A DNA stretch of 64,000 bases from assembly GCF_964204645.1 (NCBI RefSeq), contig NC_134033.1:2748131-2812130 (forward strand), given 5' to 3'. The position numbers were made by a program, and so were the translations under genes. Under the pieces are notes generated by a model. It had not been told where the DNA came from and searched no databases. It saw nothing but the letters and a program-made list of their open reading frames with translations. The stretch's first letter is position 1. The number at the start of each line of letters is the position of its first letter. Of this stretch, positions 35,739 through 48,000 are shown one piece after another. The stretch comes from Tubulanus polymorphus. Taxonomy: Eukaryota > Animalia > Nemertea.

Positions 35739-36410
35739 TGGCAACCTTTCACAAACCTTTACTCGACTCCTCGGTGCCCGTTATAGTCTAGCCCACCTTC
35801 CTATACTGCCGAATTGCCCGTATCAACTCTGGACCAGGTTAAATGTGTTTAGAATTGGTTTTATATTTTGCACTTAAAGCCAATTTAAAAGTTTGAACGG
35901 ACACTTCAGTTTCAGTAAATCCCTGCAAAAGTTTTGTGTTATTGAGTGTCAGGTGACAAAGCCACAATTTTAGTTATTTCTCAATAATTTTCACATTTGT
36001 CTCGCGTCTAAATACAGAATCCAGAATGGTTTTAGTCTCAGACGATTAACGCGGGTTACAACGTATACGATGTGGATTGTATGACCCAATATGCAATGAA
36101 GCAAATGTTTTCGATTGTTTATATCTGATAAATCGTTAGATTACTCGTAACTCGAATCTCTTTAAGTCGAATAAGCATTGAAACTCCGAAAACAAATATT
36201 GGAATACTTACATTCGATGCTGGCAATCAGATTTCCGTTGTTTAATTGGAATTCAAACACAAATCACTGAGATCACAATCGATTCGAGTTAAGATTGAGT
36301 CCACTGTATTTCAGTTTGCTATAACGAGGGTCCGTCATTTCTTCGACTAAGCTTAAACCTAACCTAACCTTAATTTCCTAAACAGAAATAATTCAAAATT
36401 TCTACTCTAC
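34990..36410 (-). repeat. Inverted copy of ~32800-34200
   Basis: Collinear reverse-complement blocks: 35445-35640 vs 33380-33530, 35010-35140 vs 34040-34160, and 36285-36410 vs 32800-32940. Confidence 0.8.
35649..35738. repeat. (TA)n microsatellite
   Basis: Direct observation. Confidence 0.98.
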
Positions 36411-36752
36411 CGTTGGGATCCCGAAACGGATGGTTCGCCGCGTTGATACGGGGATAAACATGCTGGACCCAGTGGCACAGTTGTGAGTTAAAGCTAAATC
36501 CGAGATAAATACAAATTACACGAATTAATTAGTAATTCGGTGGATTTTACCGGATTTGCCAGACGCAATAGAAAAGAAATTCTGCAGTTTGCTGATGTAA
36601 TTAAGCCACTTTTCGTCAACCAAATGTATCTCGACAAAATACAGCATCATGAAATCAGTTGCATGAATCAAATTTGAAATCGATGGTTACATTTACATGT
36701 AACATGGTTACACGTAGTTACATGTTAGAATGTTTTCCAATCACAATCGGGC

Positions 36753-37020
36753 GGACCGGATGGCTTAGTCGGTCGGCGACTAGCGTGTCACCGCTGTGGC
36801 CCGGGTTCGAGTCTCGGAGGAGGCGGGTCAGGATGTGGCAAATGATCTCCGGTAAGCGGGCGAGTCGAGAGTACTGTCCTCCCTGGAATGAGGTTGCTAA
36901 TGCGTGAGTCCTACAAAATAACTGGTGTGGGGTAAATTATGTTTAATTCAGTCGTTTCTGGCTGAATTATTTATTTATCCCACAATACCGGTCCAGGCTG
37001 CGGAGTAATTCCCCCAGGGA
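36753..37020 (+). mobile_element. tRNA-derived SINE (head resembles tRNA-Asp)
   Basis: A box TGGCTTAGTCGG (36761) and B box GGTTCGAGTC (36804); AGCG-TGTCAC-CGCT anticodon-like arm; no tRNA acceptor closure; ~200-nt body follows. Confidence 0.75.
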
Positions 37021-38394
37021 CCTTCGACTTTTTTACAATATTAGTTTGTTATTTTAAGTTTAGTGGTGAGGGTTTGGGAAATTTTTTTATATTTATTCAA
37101 TTCCTCGAACTGAAGAAATCCAAGCGACTATTCGGTACAAGCAGCGCACGCGGTTATCAATCACAGTTCTTTCTCAACTGATGATAAAACTTTGATAATT
37201 TTTTTAACTTCACCAGATTTCGGTTAAAGAAGATGTGTACGCGGCGATGTCTGGTGAACTTGTGTATAAATTCGGATTCAAAACGACTCTATCCAATAGA
37301 GAATCACTCACTGGAGACCTGCCATACGCTCTACTACACAATAGTGCCGCGTCACTGCACAAACCCTTAAGCAAACTTCGATATCCTAAAGCAAAACTCG
37401 AAAATAGTAAAATTGAGCCGGTATTATAGTTCAAAACCAGACGTAAATAGAAGGGAAATCTACACTAAAGTTTGTTGGATAGTTTAGATAAAATTTCAGC
37501 TTACAATTTTAGGCAAAAATCGAAGCATTCGATATTTCTATCTTAAACAATATGTGCCTCTATGAATAGTCGAATTAAACTCGATGACCTGTAGGCCCCA
37601 TTGAAAATGTTTGGCACGAATTGAATAGTTCTTTCGGATTAGCGTCACGGACTCGGGTCTGTCACAGGAATGCGCGATCGAGCTTTCTGATTGATCCATT
37701 CCGGTCGCATCGATTATGCACCGTCGTTGATTGGTTGACGTAGGTATTAGAAGCGCGGTTCGAGCCGCCCGGTGCCAGTCCGAGAACCGATGTCCAGTGA
37801 TGAAGGTCGACCTATAAGAGCTCTGCAACAAGGCGTGAAGAACGTGTGGCTTCAAGCAAACAACCTACTGATAAGCGGCTGATGATGTTAGGAGAGACTG
37901 GAACGTGAAGGAATTTGTGACGCCTTGCGATTGAGAACGCAAGATGAGACTGGCGGCTGTTGATGCTGATGATTGCGGTGGAGATCACGATACTGCTGCT
38001 GCTGCTGTTGATGATGTCTGATTTCAACTACAAACAGATTACGGCTAATTTGCTGATGAAGACGAGTTGCTGTTGTCGCTGATTTCCGATGTTCTATTTC
38101 GCGCACATTCATACATTATGAATATTGTGTCTTTTTAGGGTTAAACCGAAACCAGTTCGCTACTACTGACAACTACATGTACACAACTCGTTTGTCGCAA
38201 CGTCCTAACTAGTCTGCTGCTGCTGCTGCATTGGGAACCGCATCAACCCACATTTTGCTGTTTCGGTATCTTTACATTAAGATAAGGTAATTATATTAAA
38301 CTACACCCATCCTTACATTTTGCATATTCAATCTTCTTCAATAGCTTGACGATTATCCGATTTGTTTTTCAGCCGGCTATATTTGAGTTACAGC

Positions 38395-38682
38395 AACATC
38401 TTCAAATCTCGAGACGCAGACTCAACTCCGACTAAAGCACGATCTCCAAACCTCGAGATGCAGACTCCACTCCATCTCCAAACCTCGAGACGCAGACTCT
38501 ACTCCGACTAAGGCACCATCTCCAAACCTCGAGACGCAGACTCTACTCCGACTAAAGCACCATCTCCAAACCTCGAGACGCAGACTCTACTCAGACTACA
38601 GAACCATCTCCAAACCTCGAGACGCAGACTCTACTCCGACTAAAGCACCATCTCCAAACCTCGAGACGCAGACTCTACTCCG
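38395..38682. repeat. 44-bp tandem repeat x ~6
   Basis: catctccaaacctcgagacgcagactctactccgactaaagcac at 38473, 38517, 38561, 38605 and 38649. Confidence 0.92.
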
Positions 38683-38964
38683 TCATTATTTCGTTTTGCC
38701 GCATGTTATAAAGTAACGTAAATAAATAAACGTCCATCTACATAAAATGCTCGTCTTACTAAAAATCTCTGTCTCGGGCTCCGGAAAGAACTCTTCCGCT
38801 TACAACTTCTCACACAATCAAGGAAAGGACAAAGTCAAATAGGAAAGGACAAACGCAAAGTACAAATCAAAGAATTTATTCCAAATTCAAAGTAGGAATT
38901 TCTTACAGCTTGTTTGCAAAAGTAAAATTCAACATTTTATTGAAACATCAATATTTAATATCAA

Positions 38965-39034
38965 CTAAAATGGGATTTGAACCACCAACCATTCGACTAG
39001 CAGTCCAGCACCCTACCCACTACGCTATAGGGAC
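38965..39034 (-). pseudogene. tRNA-like sequence (tRNA pseudogene or SINE-type head)
   Basis: Reverse strand GTCCCTATAGCGTAGTGGGTAGGGTGCTGGACTGCTAGTCGAATGGTTGGTGGTTCAAATCCCAT has A and B boxes at tRNA spacing, but the acceptor and anticodon stems do not pair well. Confidence 0.6.
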
Positions 39035-39157
39035 GTACCGGCAGCACACAGAGGAACTCATATTTATCCATTGCTTAAGCAAATTTTATCAAAAAAATAA
39101 TGCCATCTACCGGGCGAGACAGGAACTAGTTCCCATTTCAACCCGGTAGATGGTAAT

Positions 39158-39410
39158 AGAGAATGAGACAAGAGTGGGCAGAGAGAGAGTGAGAATGAGA
39201 CAGAGTGAGGAGAGATGAGAATGAGACAGAATGAGGAGAGATGAGAGTGAAACAGAGTGAGAGAGTGAGAATGAGACAAAGTGAGGAGAGATGAGAGTGA
39301 AACAGAGTGAGGAGAGAGTGAGAATGAGACAGAGTGAGGAGAGATGAGAGTGAAACAGAGTGAGGAGAGAGTGAGAATGAGAGAGGATAGAAAGAGATAG
39401 AGAGGATAGG
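39158..39410. repeat. GA-rich degenerate minisatellite (gagtgagaatgagacagagtgaggagagat)
   Basis: Direct observation. Confidence 0.85.
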
Positions 39411-39639
39411 ATGGCATATCACCTGAACTTATGTTCCTCTTGTTTTCTATCTAGAATGCCGTTTACAGTTTCTAGTTCAAACAGATATTTATCCCATCAG
39501 CAGTAATGTTATTATTTTGTCCTCGTGGACATAAAGTTCACTATAACTGAAGTCAAGTTCTCCCAATATGAGTTCGTTTGTTTGTTTATCCTGTCGCTGA
39601 GTTTGAACACTGCCCACACCATCTGATGTAGTCCTGATC

Positions 39640-40460
39640 ATAGTTCCACCATATTGATGACAAACATCCTAAAAATATACATGAAACTTAATAGATTTAA
39701 GGCCATCAATCAAACATACAGAGTTAGAGTTAAGTCTAGTTACCGGTGTATCAGAGAAATGGCAATCTAAGGTACCCCCAAAATGAGGGTCAGGGGTCAA
39801 ATATTTTTTGTCTCCGATTTCGATGAAATTCAGTATATACATGTATTCTGGGGTGCTGATTACAAATCTGAAAGAATTTTTCGGATCCGAGGCCCCAAAA
39901 ATGAGAAATTCAAATTTTTGGGGGGACCCCTAAATTGTCAAAAGGCCTTGGACCCCAGAATTTTCGAGATATTCAAAATCTGATTGCAGATTTGGAATCA
40001 GCGCCCCTGAAAATAGTAAGGACTAAAATTTTAAGCAAATCGAAGAGATTCGATTTTTTGGCCAAAAACGGCAAAAATCTAAGGTGTAAGTCCAGGAGTT
40101 TTTTTTCGGCGAAAAATTTTTTTTCTCTGATTCCTTGTAAACTTGGTAGGAAGATGTATTCTGTGGTGTAGATTCCGGATATGCAATCAGATTTTGAATC
40201 GGAATTCATCTTCATTGGCAAATAAGGGTTTTAATGCCCAAAATATGCACCCCAAAAATGGGGTACAAAGTCAAAATTTTTTTTTGGCCCAATTTTAATA
40301 AATTTTGGTGCAGACATGTTTTTTGGGGTGCTGATCACGAATATGAAGTTAGTTTTTGGATCTGAGGCCTCTAAAATGAGATATTCAGGATTTTGTGTTT
40401 TGACCCTTATTTTCGTCACAAATTTTGATGAAATTTGGTCCAAAAGTACAATTTCATCTA
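39640..40460. mobile_element. DNA-transposon-like repeat; 39640-40180 recurs directly at ~43950-44460
   Basis: Near-identical atagttccaccatattgatgacaaacatcc ... gtagattccgga blocks; TA-CCGGTGTATC Tc1-like end inside; repeated ggggtgctgat(c/t)acaaatctga submotifs. Confidence 0.7.
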
Positions 40461-41654
40461 TTGAGCCGAGTATTCAATTAATTTTTAAGGCAGAAACTCC
40501 ATTGACAATTCTTATGACACTCAGTAAACACTATGTTTACAGATAAACTGCTCTCTCATAATTGTTTTTGGAACATAAAAGAAATTCTACTCACACAAGT
40601 CTCTCCTCCCTTGTCTAGCAGTAATAATAGTCCACTGAGTTCCACAATTCCACATACAGAGTTCCACACCTTCAGGAGTCAACCACTGATTATTTTTTAC
40701 GAGTATCAATCCACTTTTAGTCCAGTTAGTCCACATGTAGTTCGGTAAGTTCACATGTAGTCCAGTTAGTTCACTAGTAGTCCGGTTAGTGCACATGTAG
40801 TTCCCATGTAGTCCGGTAAGTTCACATATAGTCCGGTTAGTTCACTAGTAGTCCGGTAAGTTCACTAGTCCGGAAGAAGTTGACTGAAGAAGTAAAACTG
40901 ATGAATTTCAGTCGAAGTCCACATCCAGTATTTGTGATGAAGTTTACCAACGATAGTCGAGAGAGGAAAACCTGAAATATGAAATTGAAACAGTCTCTAG
41001 AGAAACACATTAACAAACTCAAACTCAAACTCTCAGACATACTAGTAAAGGCTTATACAAAAGTTTTCACAACTTTACTGGATTAACAGATTGTTTTTAC
41101 GTAACTGATATACTCGGCCACTGTAGGAGTAAGATGGTGAAACTGGTTGAGTCAGCTGGTGATGGTAACCTGCTGAACATGTGGAAAAGAGGAGGAATTA
41201 ACAGGAATTGTAACAACAGCTCATCAAGATTTGTGAAACTATCACCTGCACCATGTCGTGCATGCGGCGCCGCCTGGCTAGTGAAAGTGGTTATTGATAC
41301 TGAGTGCCGAGGTCCCTGTGTCTGTGAGGTCCCCCTGTGTGTCCCTGAGGACATGAAATCTTGTGAATTCTTATTCTTACGTATGTCTTACTTTAAACGG
41401 CCAAGTGAAAGTGACCACAGCAAGGACAAGGTTACCGTTAAACACTTGACTCCAGGTCCCTGTGGACGTGTCTGTAAAGTCCGAGTGTCTGTGAGGGCAC
41501 GAAATCTCATGAATTCTTATCTTTTAAACCAATATCAAAGCTCGTACGTTGGGAATCATTGTGGCTTTAAAGTCTTTATCAATTGAGAGACTTAGTTTCA
41601 TTGTAAATAAAGAATTAGAGATTGAATTGAGCGAGCTCCACAGTGCGCGATTTC

Positions 41655-42285
41655 CATGTCGACCGTCTAGTGCTGCCCCTACATATAACGATAGCGGGGA
41701 AAACGTGAACTAACTTAATACTCGCTTGCCAGAGTCTTCGGACAGCCGTAGTGGACGAACTAATTACCGATTTGCGGGCCGGATTCCGAGGGAATTCTCA
41801 AAATCTTTCAACTGCTCTGAAACGTTTGAACCAAACAATCATTCTATAAGAGAATTAACCTTAAAAGAGTAAATTTGAATCGGGATATTTCTAGTATCGT
41901 CTGGCAGAGAGCGACAGGTGTTTGAATGTTCCCTGATTATTTGCGCGCAATTAAAATATATCGAAGAAAAAATATGGAAATTTTGTCAATTCAGATGATA
42001 AATTATCATTCAAAAATATAAATGAATAACTTATTCTGAATATAAATACTAATTAATTGATAAGAAAGTGAATTTTAGCTATCAAAATTGAATATCGTTA
42101 CCTAAAAAATAAGAAAATTTCATTAAAAAATTATAGAGTATTCATAGTTTAATATTTAATAGAATTAGGTGCCACACTGGTCCGTATTGTACGTAAATGG
42201 GAAATTCATATTCCGGCGGCGCTATTTTAGTTCACAGAAATTCCGCTGTCGTTATTCATAGGGGCAGCACTGTACGGTTGATATC
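41655..42285. mobile_element. Element bounded by ~70-bp imperfect inverted repeats with an AT-rich core
   Basis: atgtcgaccgtctagtgctgcccctacatataacgatagcgg versus the reverse complement of ccgctgtcgttattcataggggcagcactgtacggttgatat. Confidence 0.6.
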
Positions 42286-42895
42286 TAACCCAGCCTCGCA
42301 ATCTTACTGTGGCATGCAAGTAATACAGATATTATTTTAGCCGAATTTCGTTCATTATTCACCACGATTCCGTTTTCTATGAATAATTCAATTAATTTTT
42401 AAGCTTTTGGAAAGGGGATCTTCTTTTTAAAACGATTTTCAAGCCATTTTTGATAGAACTCTTCTGTCAACGGAATCTAATTGCATAAAGCGGTAAAGAG
42501 GTAGACTCACATGCCACAGACAGAATCTAAAGCAAATTAAATTTTATTCTCCAAAAAAGTGCATTCATCCAACGCTATCATCAAAGTTGCAGCACGTGAA
42601 CCATTAAACCTCCTATTAAGGTCGACCCTTCTTGGTCAGGGTTAAAATCAAACTCTCCCAACCACAAATTGGCGCAAACAACTGGAAAAACTTCAGTTGA
42701 ACCTCGTTAATACGACAAATCTGTGTAAAGACGAAACCAGTTTGATTCAACAATTGCATCCCACAAGATTCATATCAACGAGATTCCACTTAAACTAGAA
42801 CAGAAAATCAGTTACAACCACCACAAAATTAGTGAATAATCAATTTATTGTGAAATTTATTTCTTTCAGTGAAAAATGTGCATCAGAGTTAAATA

Positions 42896-43541
42896 TCAAA
42901 TAAAAGTCTTGCATAAAGCGAACATGTGATCAACTCCGCAAAGAACTGACTGAACTAACCCAGGAATCGAAACCTGAAATCATATTTACAATATCAGACA
43001 TCAGATTTATGATGCATCAGTATCACACATGTTGTTTCTGGTGCGCTATGTTATTACAGTACAGAAGAGTCTGTTCCTAACTTGAATCAATGTGATACCA
43101 GTGATATCCCATTGACTGATGATTCAAGTTCTGTGGTCGAGAATTAAAACCTAGCAATCTAACTCGGAAATGTCTAAAAACTCCTGGACTTTTGTCGAAT
43201 TCAGACGGAAATGAAATTTTCTGACTTTCTAATGGAATTTTCTGATCCTCAACTCAGATTTTTGCTTCGCAAGTATAAATTTTGCAAGTCTCCATTTCAG
43301 TATAAATTTTGCAAGTCTCCATTTCAGTAAGACAAGGTTTACTGTTTTTGAGTTAAAAGCCGACAACTCTTTGCACCGTCTAGTAGAAATAAACCAAACA
43401 TTTTGAGTGAGTGGTGCTTTAGGAGTGTTTTAAATCTAGAGAAATTGAGACTTACCTTAAACGGAAAGAATTGATCGTCCATGTTTCCTAAACCTAAGGA
43501 GCCATGTTTATTTCTACCCCACACGTACAGATCATTGTTAT
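42896..43541 (-). CDS. RCC1L: RCC1-like protein (WBSCR16), last two coding exons
   Basis: Exon 43541-43456 encodes NNDLYVWGRNKHGSLGLGNMDDQFFPFK and exon 42973-42896 encodes VSIPGLVQSVLCGVDHMFALCKTFI*, matching the RCC1L C-terminus (VWGKN..G.LG.G..EDQYFP..V..PG....V.CGVDHM). GT-AG sites; minus-strand AATAAA at ~42844-42861. Confidence 0.9.
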
Positions 43542-43949
43542 CTACAATATACATGTAATAACATTGTAAACAATGTAACATCATTCTAGATGCTAGGCTA
43601 GGGATTGATAGAGAGAGGGAGCAGGGCCAGGGAGTTTCACACAGTAACTAGGCTTAAGAATAGAAATCCCTATTCCTATGTACTAGCATGTCTCCAGCCT
43701 CGATTACCTACGTACCTATTGATAACTATTGAAATGAGACATCAATTTCTAACATTTCTTCCAAGTCACAACTCTACTTGGTTCATCTTGGTTTATCTGG
43801 GTTCGTCCTGGTTCATCCTGGTTTATTGGGGCTCGTCCTGGTTCATCTTGGTCCATCTGCTCCACTGCATCAATGTCTGTATAATGTTCAAATCAATTCT
43901 CTACTGATTGTAGGTAAAGGGGGAATCGTCACCACCATAACATCCGTCA

Positions 43950-44460
43950 ATAGTTCCACCATATTGATGACAAACATCCTAAAAATATACATGAAACTTA
44001 ATAAATTTGACTTATGTTAGAGTTAAGTCTAGTTACTGGTGTATCATAGAAATGGCAATCTAAGGTACCCCTTAAAACGAGGGTTAGGGGTCAAATATTT
44101 TTTGTCTCCAATTTCGGAGAAATTTAGTATAGACATGTATTCTGGGGTGCTGATCACAAATCTGAAAGAATTCTTAGGATCCGAGGCCTCAAAAATGAGA
44201 AATTCGAATTCTTAGGGGTACCCCTTAAATTTTAAAAAGGCCCTAGACCCCAGGGTTTTTGAGATTGCAGATTTGGAATCAGCACCCCCGAAAATATTTA
44301 GGACTAAAATTTTAAGCAAATCGAAGAGATTCGATTTTTTGGCCAAAAACGGCAAAAATCTAAGGTGTTAGTCCAGGAGTTTTTTTTCGGCGAAAAAAAT
44401 TTTTTCTCTGATTCCTTCTAAACTTGGTAGGAAGATGTATTCCGAGGTGTAGATTCCGGA
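43950..44460. mobile_element. Second copy of the 39640-40180 repeat
   Basis: Direct near-identity to 39640-40180. Confidence 0.75.
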
Positions 44461-45028
44461 TCTACCGCTGTGATCCCCGTCTTACTTTGTTGCTATTGTT
44501 TCTTCAAAACAATCTGTACCAAACAAGACCTTACTCACCACAATCAGATATCCATGCGCTTCACTTAGCTTCAACTCAGTTATTATATTGACTGTAGAGT
44601 GTGAATTGTCGAAACAGATATTGACGAAGTGTTTTACAGAGACGCAGAATATTTTTAGGTAAAGATAGAAAATATTATCGAATATTATAACAAACTGAAC
44701 GCAGTTCGGGAGCGACAGTAAATATTTTTAGAGAAATAATTGCACATGATTATAAACAAGATATATTGAAACACGTCTAAATTTAGAAACCGCGGTAATT
44801 ACTGCGAAACCGAGCGCAGGTGAAAGTAACAGAAATACGAGACTGGCGCCAGTTTGATGGGAGATCTTTTTACAAAATAATTGGACTCAATCCATTCGTC
44901 AACTTCTGACATTTGCGAATTCGTCATTTATTACTGTGCAGCGACACTTTTGAGAAATATCGCGCAAACTTGGAAAGAGTTAGAAATGTATTAGTTTTGA
45001 AGCGTGAATTGTGTTCAATATGCAGCGA

Positions 45029-48000
45029 ATGAAAGCGTTGTTCGTAGTTTTACTGATCGCTTGCGGAGACTGTATATTTACGCGGGCTGATCGCGCAAAC
45101 TCTGTCGAGGAAGCCGCGTCTGTTACAGTCAGTTCATCTTGTAACAACACTCAATACTCCGTCGATTCTACGTCTGGTTACATCGTTTCACCGAACTATC
45201 CGTCGTTAGTTCGCGGTGTTGAATGTCGTTGGTTCGTCAACAGCTCTTTACCGGGAAGTTTTCTCGTTCAAGTTTACTACGACATCGAGCCGTCGATATT
45301 CTGTAACGAAAATTACCTTCTCGTCGGTGAGTCCGACAACAAACTCTGCGCTACCGGAAAAAAACAACAAGATATCCGCAGTAACGATTTGATTTCGTTG
45401 TTTTTTAAGAGTAACGTCGATGGAGCGCGAGGTAGTCGGGTTTATATCATATATCGTTTTGAAGAACAGAGTCGTTTGAAAATTGTACATAAATGCTCAA
45501 AACGTGCAGTAAACGAATTACCAACTCAAACAGGTTATAAATTCACAATTTCTACTCGGCGATGTAAATTGTTGTTTGAATGGATCGAGATGCCAGACAG
45601 GTTTGCAATGAATTTAACGTTTATAGAGATAGATTTCAGATTAAGACCAGGTGAGGATCCGATGAAAACTCGTCCTCAAATTTACGACGGATGGAACAGC
45701 ACCAGTGAACCTATAGCTCTTATACGAGAACAAACCGGACATCCGCCTTCATCGTTTTATACTAAAACTAATAAAGCACGTATTGAATTCATTTCAAATA
45801 AACTGTCGTTTAAGTCACAGTTACTCGTGCAAGTTTACCAAATATCAGATTGGAACATCTCTAACCCGTTAATTCAAGTCTACAATAAATCAGGACTGCT
45901 CACTACAATTGATGGAATACCACATATAGTAACTCAGTCTAAACACTTATACTGCTGGTCTATCACAGTCGATGTTCTGCAGTACGTCGTCTTCAACTGG
46001 ACACGTGATCTCGTCTCGTCACCAGGTGTCGTTGGTGTATATAAACAGGAAGGATTACGTATTGTGAGAACTGATATTTTACTCAGTTTTAACCATCTTA
46101 ATTCCCTGAGTGTAAAATCAGACGGATTTCTCGTGATTCTGTGCGTTTTAACGACATCGGATTTCTCAAGATCGAATTTGAAAATAGAATTTAAAGCGAA
46201 ATCAATGACAATATCAGACGTCTACGTCGACAAACCATGGATATCGGTAAGTTTATTACAGTGATTTGTAAGTTTGGATCGTGTAATAAAATCATTGTAA
46301 TTACATATATTTTGATGGCGATTTTGACCAGTGAAACTTTACCGAGAAACTTGGAATAATAACGTAATGCGACCCAAAACACATGTTGTTTGCGCAGACA
46401 CTAATTATGATGGGTGTTGAGAATTTGGGTTAAGTTTGGAACATCTTGAACTGTTATTGATATATTTATCTAATTCTAAGTCGTAAGGAGTTTAGAATTG
46501 TCGTATTGTAAACGTTCAATGTTGTCATCGATTCTCTTATATTTCAGAATGATGTGGGCGCGAAGGATTTAACAGCTTATCGATTGTTCCCGAGAACGAG
46601 GAACACATTGTATCGTGTAGCTACATTACAACTAAACTGGAAAGTGAACATCTATGAAGAACAGTTGAAACTAACAGTGCTATCAGAAAACTGTGATCGA
46701 GCTGGTTCTTATATATTTGATGGTAGTAATTTCACAGCTAGACGCTATGGTCCGTATTGTCCTGGTTCATACTACGGTCGATCTGTCGTCAGCCTGATTA
46801 CATCAGGTGGACCGGTTACTGTAGTAGCATACGCTTATTACTATAACAATCAGTTAACAGTTGGTGATCCCAGCAGGTCATATCTTAAATTAGCTCCTAC
46901 TGATTGTGACGGTTACGTTCTACAGGATGAAGAACGTCAGATCAATATGACGTCACACTGTCTCGTGATTACACCTGAAAATCGACGCCTTCGCTCGAAA
47001 AATATTCACATATTATCAGAACACGAATATCAAATTGACCGATGTTTTCTCAAGATGTCATGGCGATGTGATCAGTTTCTGAGTTTGAGTAATCAGTTTC
47101 TTAATAACAGTCTCGTATTAAACACTGTAGATTTCACAGTTTATGAGATTGGATTCTGGCAGTATCCACTAATAGTTAAACTACGTCGTAAATGTCTAGG
47201 AGTGAAAAAAGCGGATAGTTTTGGATTTGCCGGTTCCCGTCTTCCAGTTACTACTAAAGATAAATGTGGACTCGTGCAGTCACCGAACTACCCGGGTCGG
47301 GCAGGAGGTACATTAAAATCTATTTCATATAAATTTGAAAACCCGATACAACAAAATATATTTCAATATTACAGATTTATTGTCAAATCTATTGGACTAG
47401 TTTCATGTGAAACAAACAATGCCCGTCGAAATGATCCGATCATATTGATGCAGATTATTATTTTCAACCTTTTCCTAAATGGAAAAATATCTAAAATTAT
47501 TAGTAACCAACATGAAACTAAAATATGTGAAAATAACGCGGTTCGTGGATTTATATTTCATAGTTTAACAGATAATACTCTGCGTTTTGAAGTTAATAAT
47601 CATATCCCGACATTTCAAATACAATACACTTTACACGAGTCGTTACCGATTAAACATTTCGATGATTTCTACTGTAAACAAGGATTTCTAGATTCCGGAA
47701 TTTCTTGCATCAAATTCATCAGAGATGAACGTCTGAATTGGGAGAACGCTGAAATATACTGTAGACAGAAGTTCGCGGGACATCTACTCAGTATCAACTC
47801 GGAACAGGAAATGATTTCCATCAAAAGATTATTCGCTACAGAACTTCTCCGAATGGCGTACACATTAAAAGCGCTCATAATGATGATTGGATTGAAATGG
47901 CAGGTAAGACTAATGTATTCAAATATGAATTAGAAAAGAAAGGTTTTTAAAGAGAATGATATATATTTCATTTTCTTCACGAAACAGAATGATGGTTATT

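Noticed and set aside
21368-43541. Two mitochondrial translation genes (TSFM, RCC1L) on the same strand within 22 kb
   Set aside because: Separated by unrelated genes and repeats; no evidence beyond coincidence without synteny data.
44480-44590. Minus-strand open segment with LFG and a GT donor as a candidate upstream RCC1L exon
   Set aside because: The rest of the translation does not resemble RCC1L and the splice phase does not match the 43541 acceptor.
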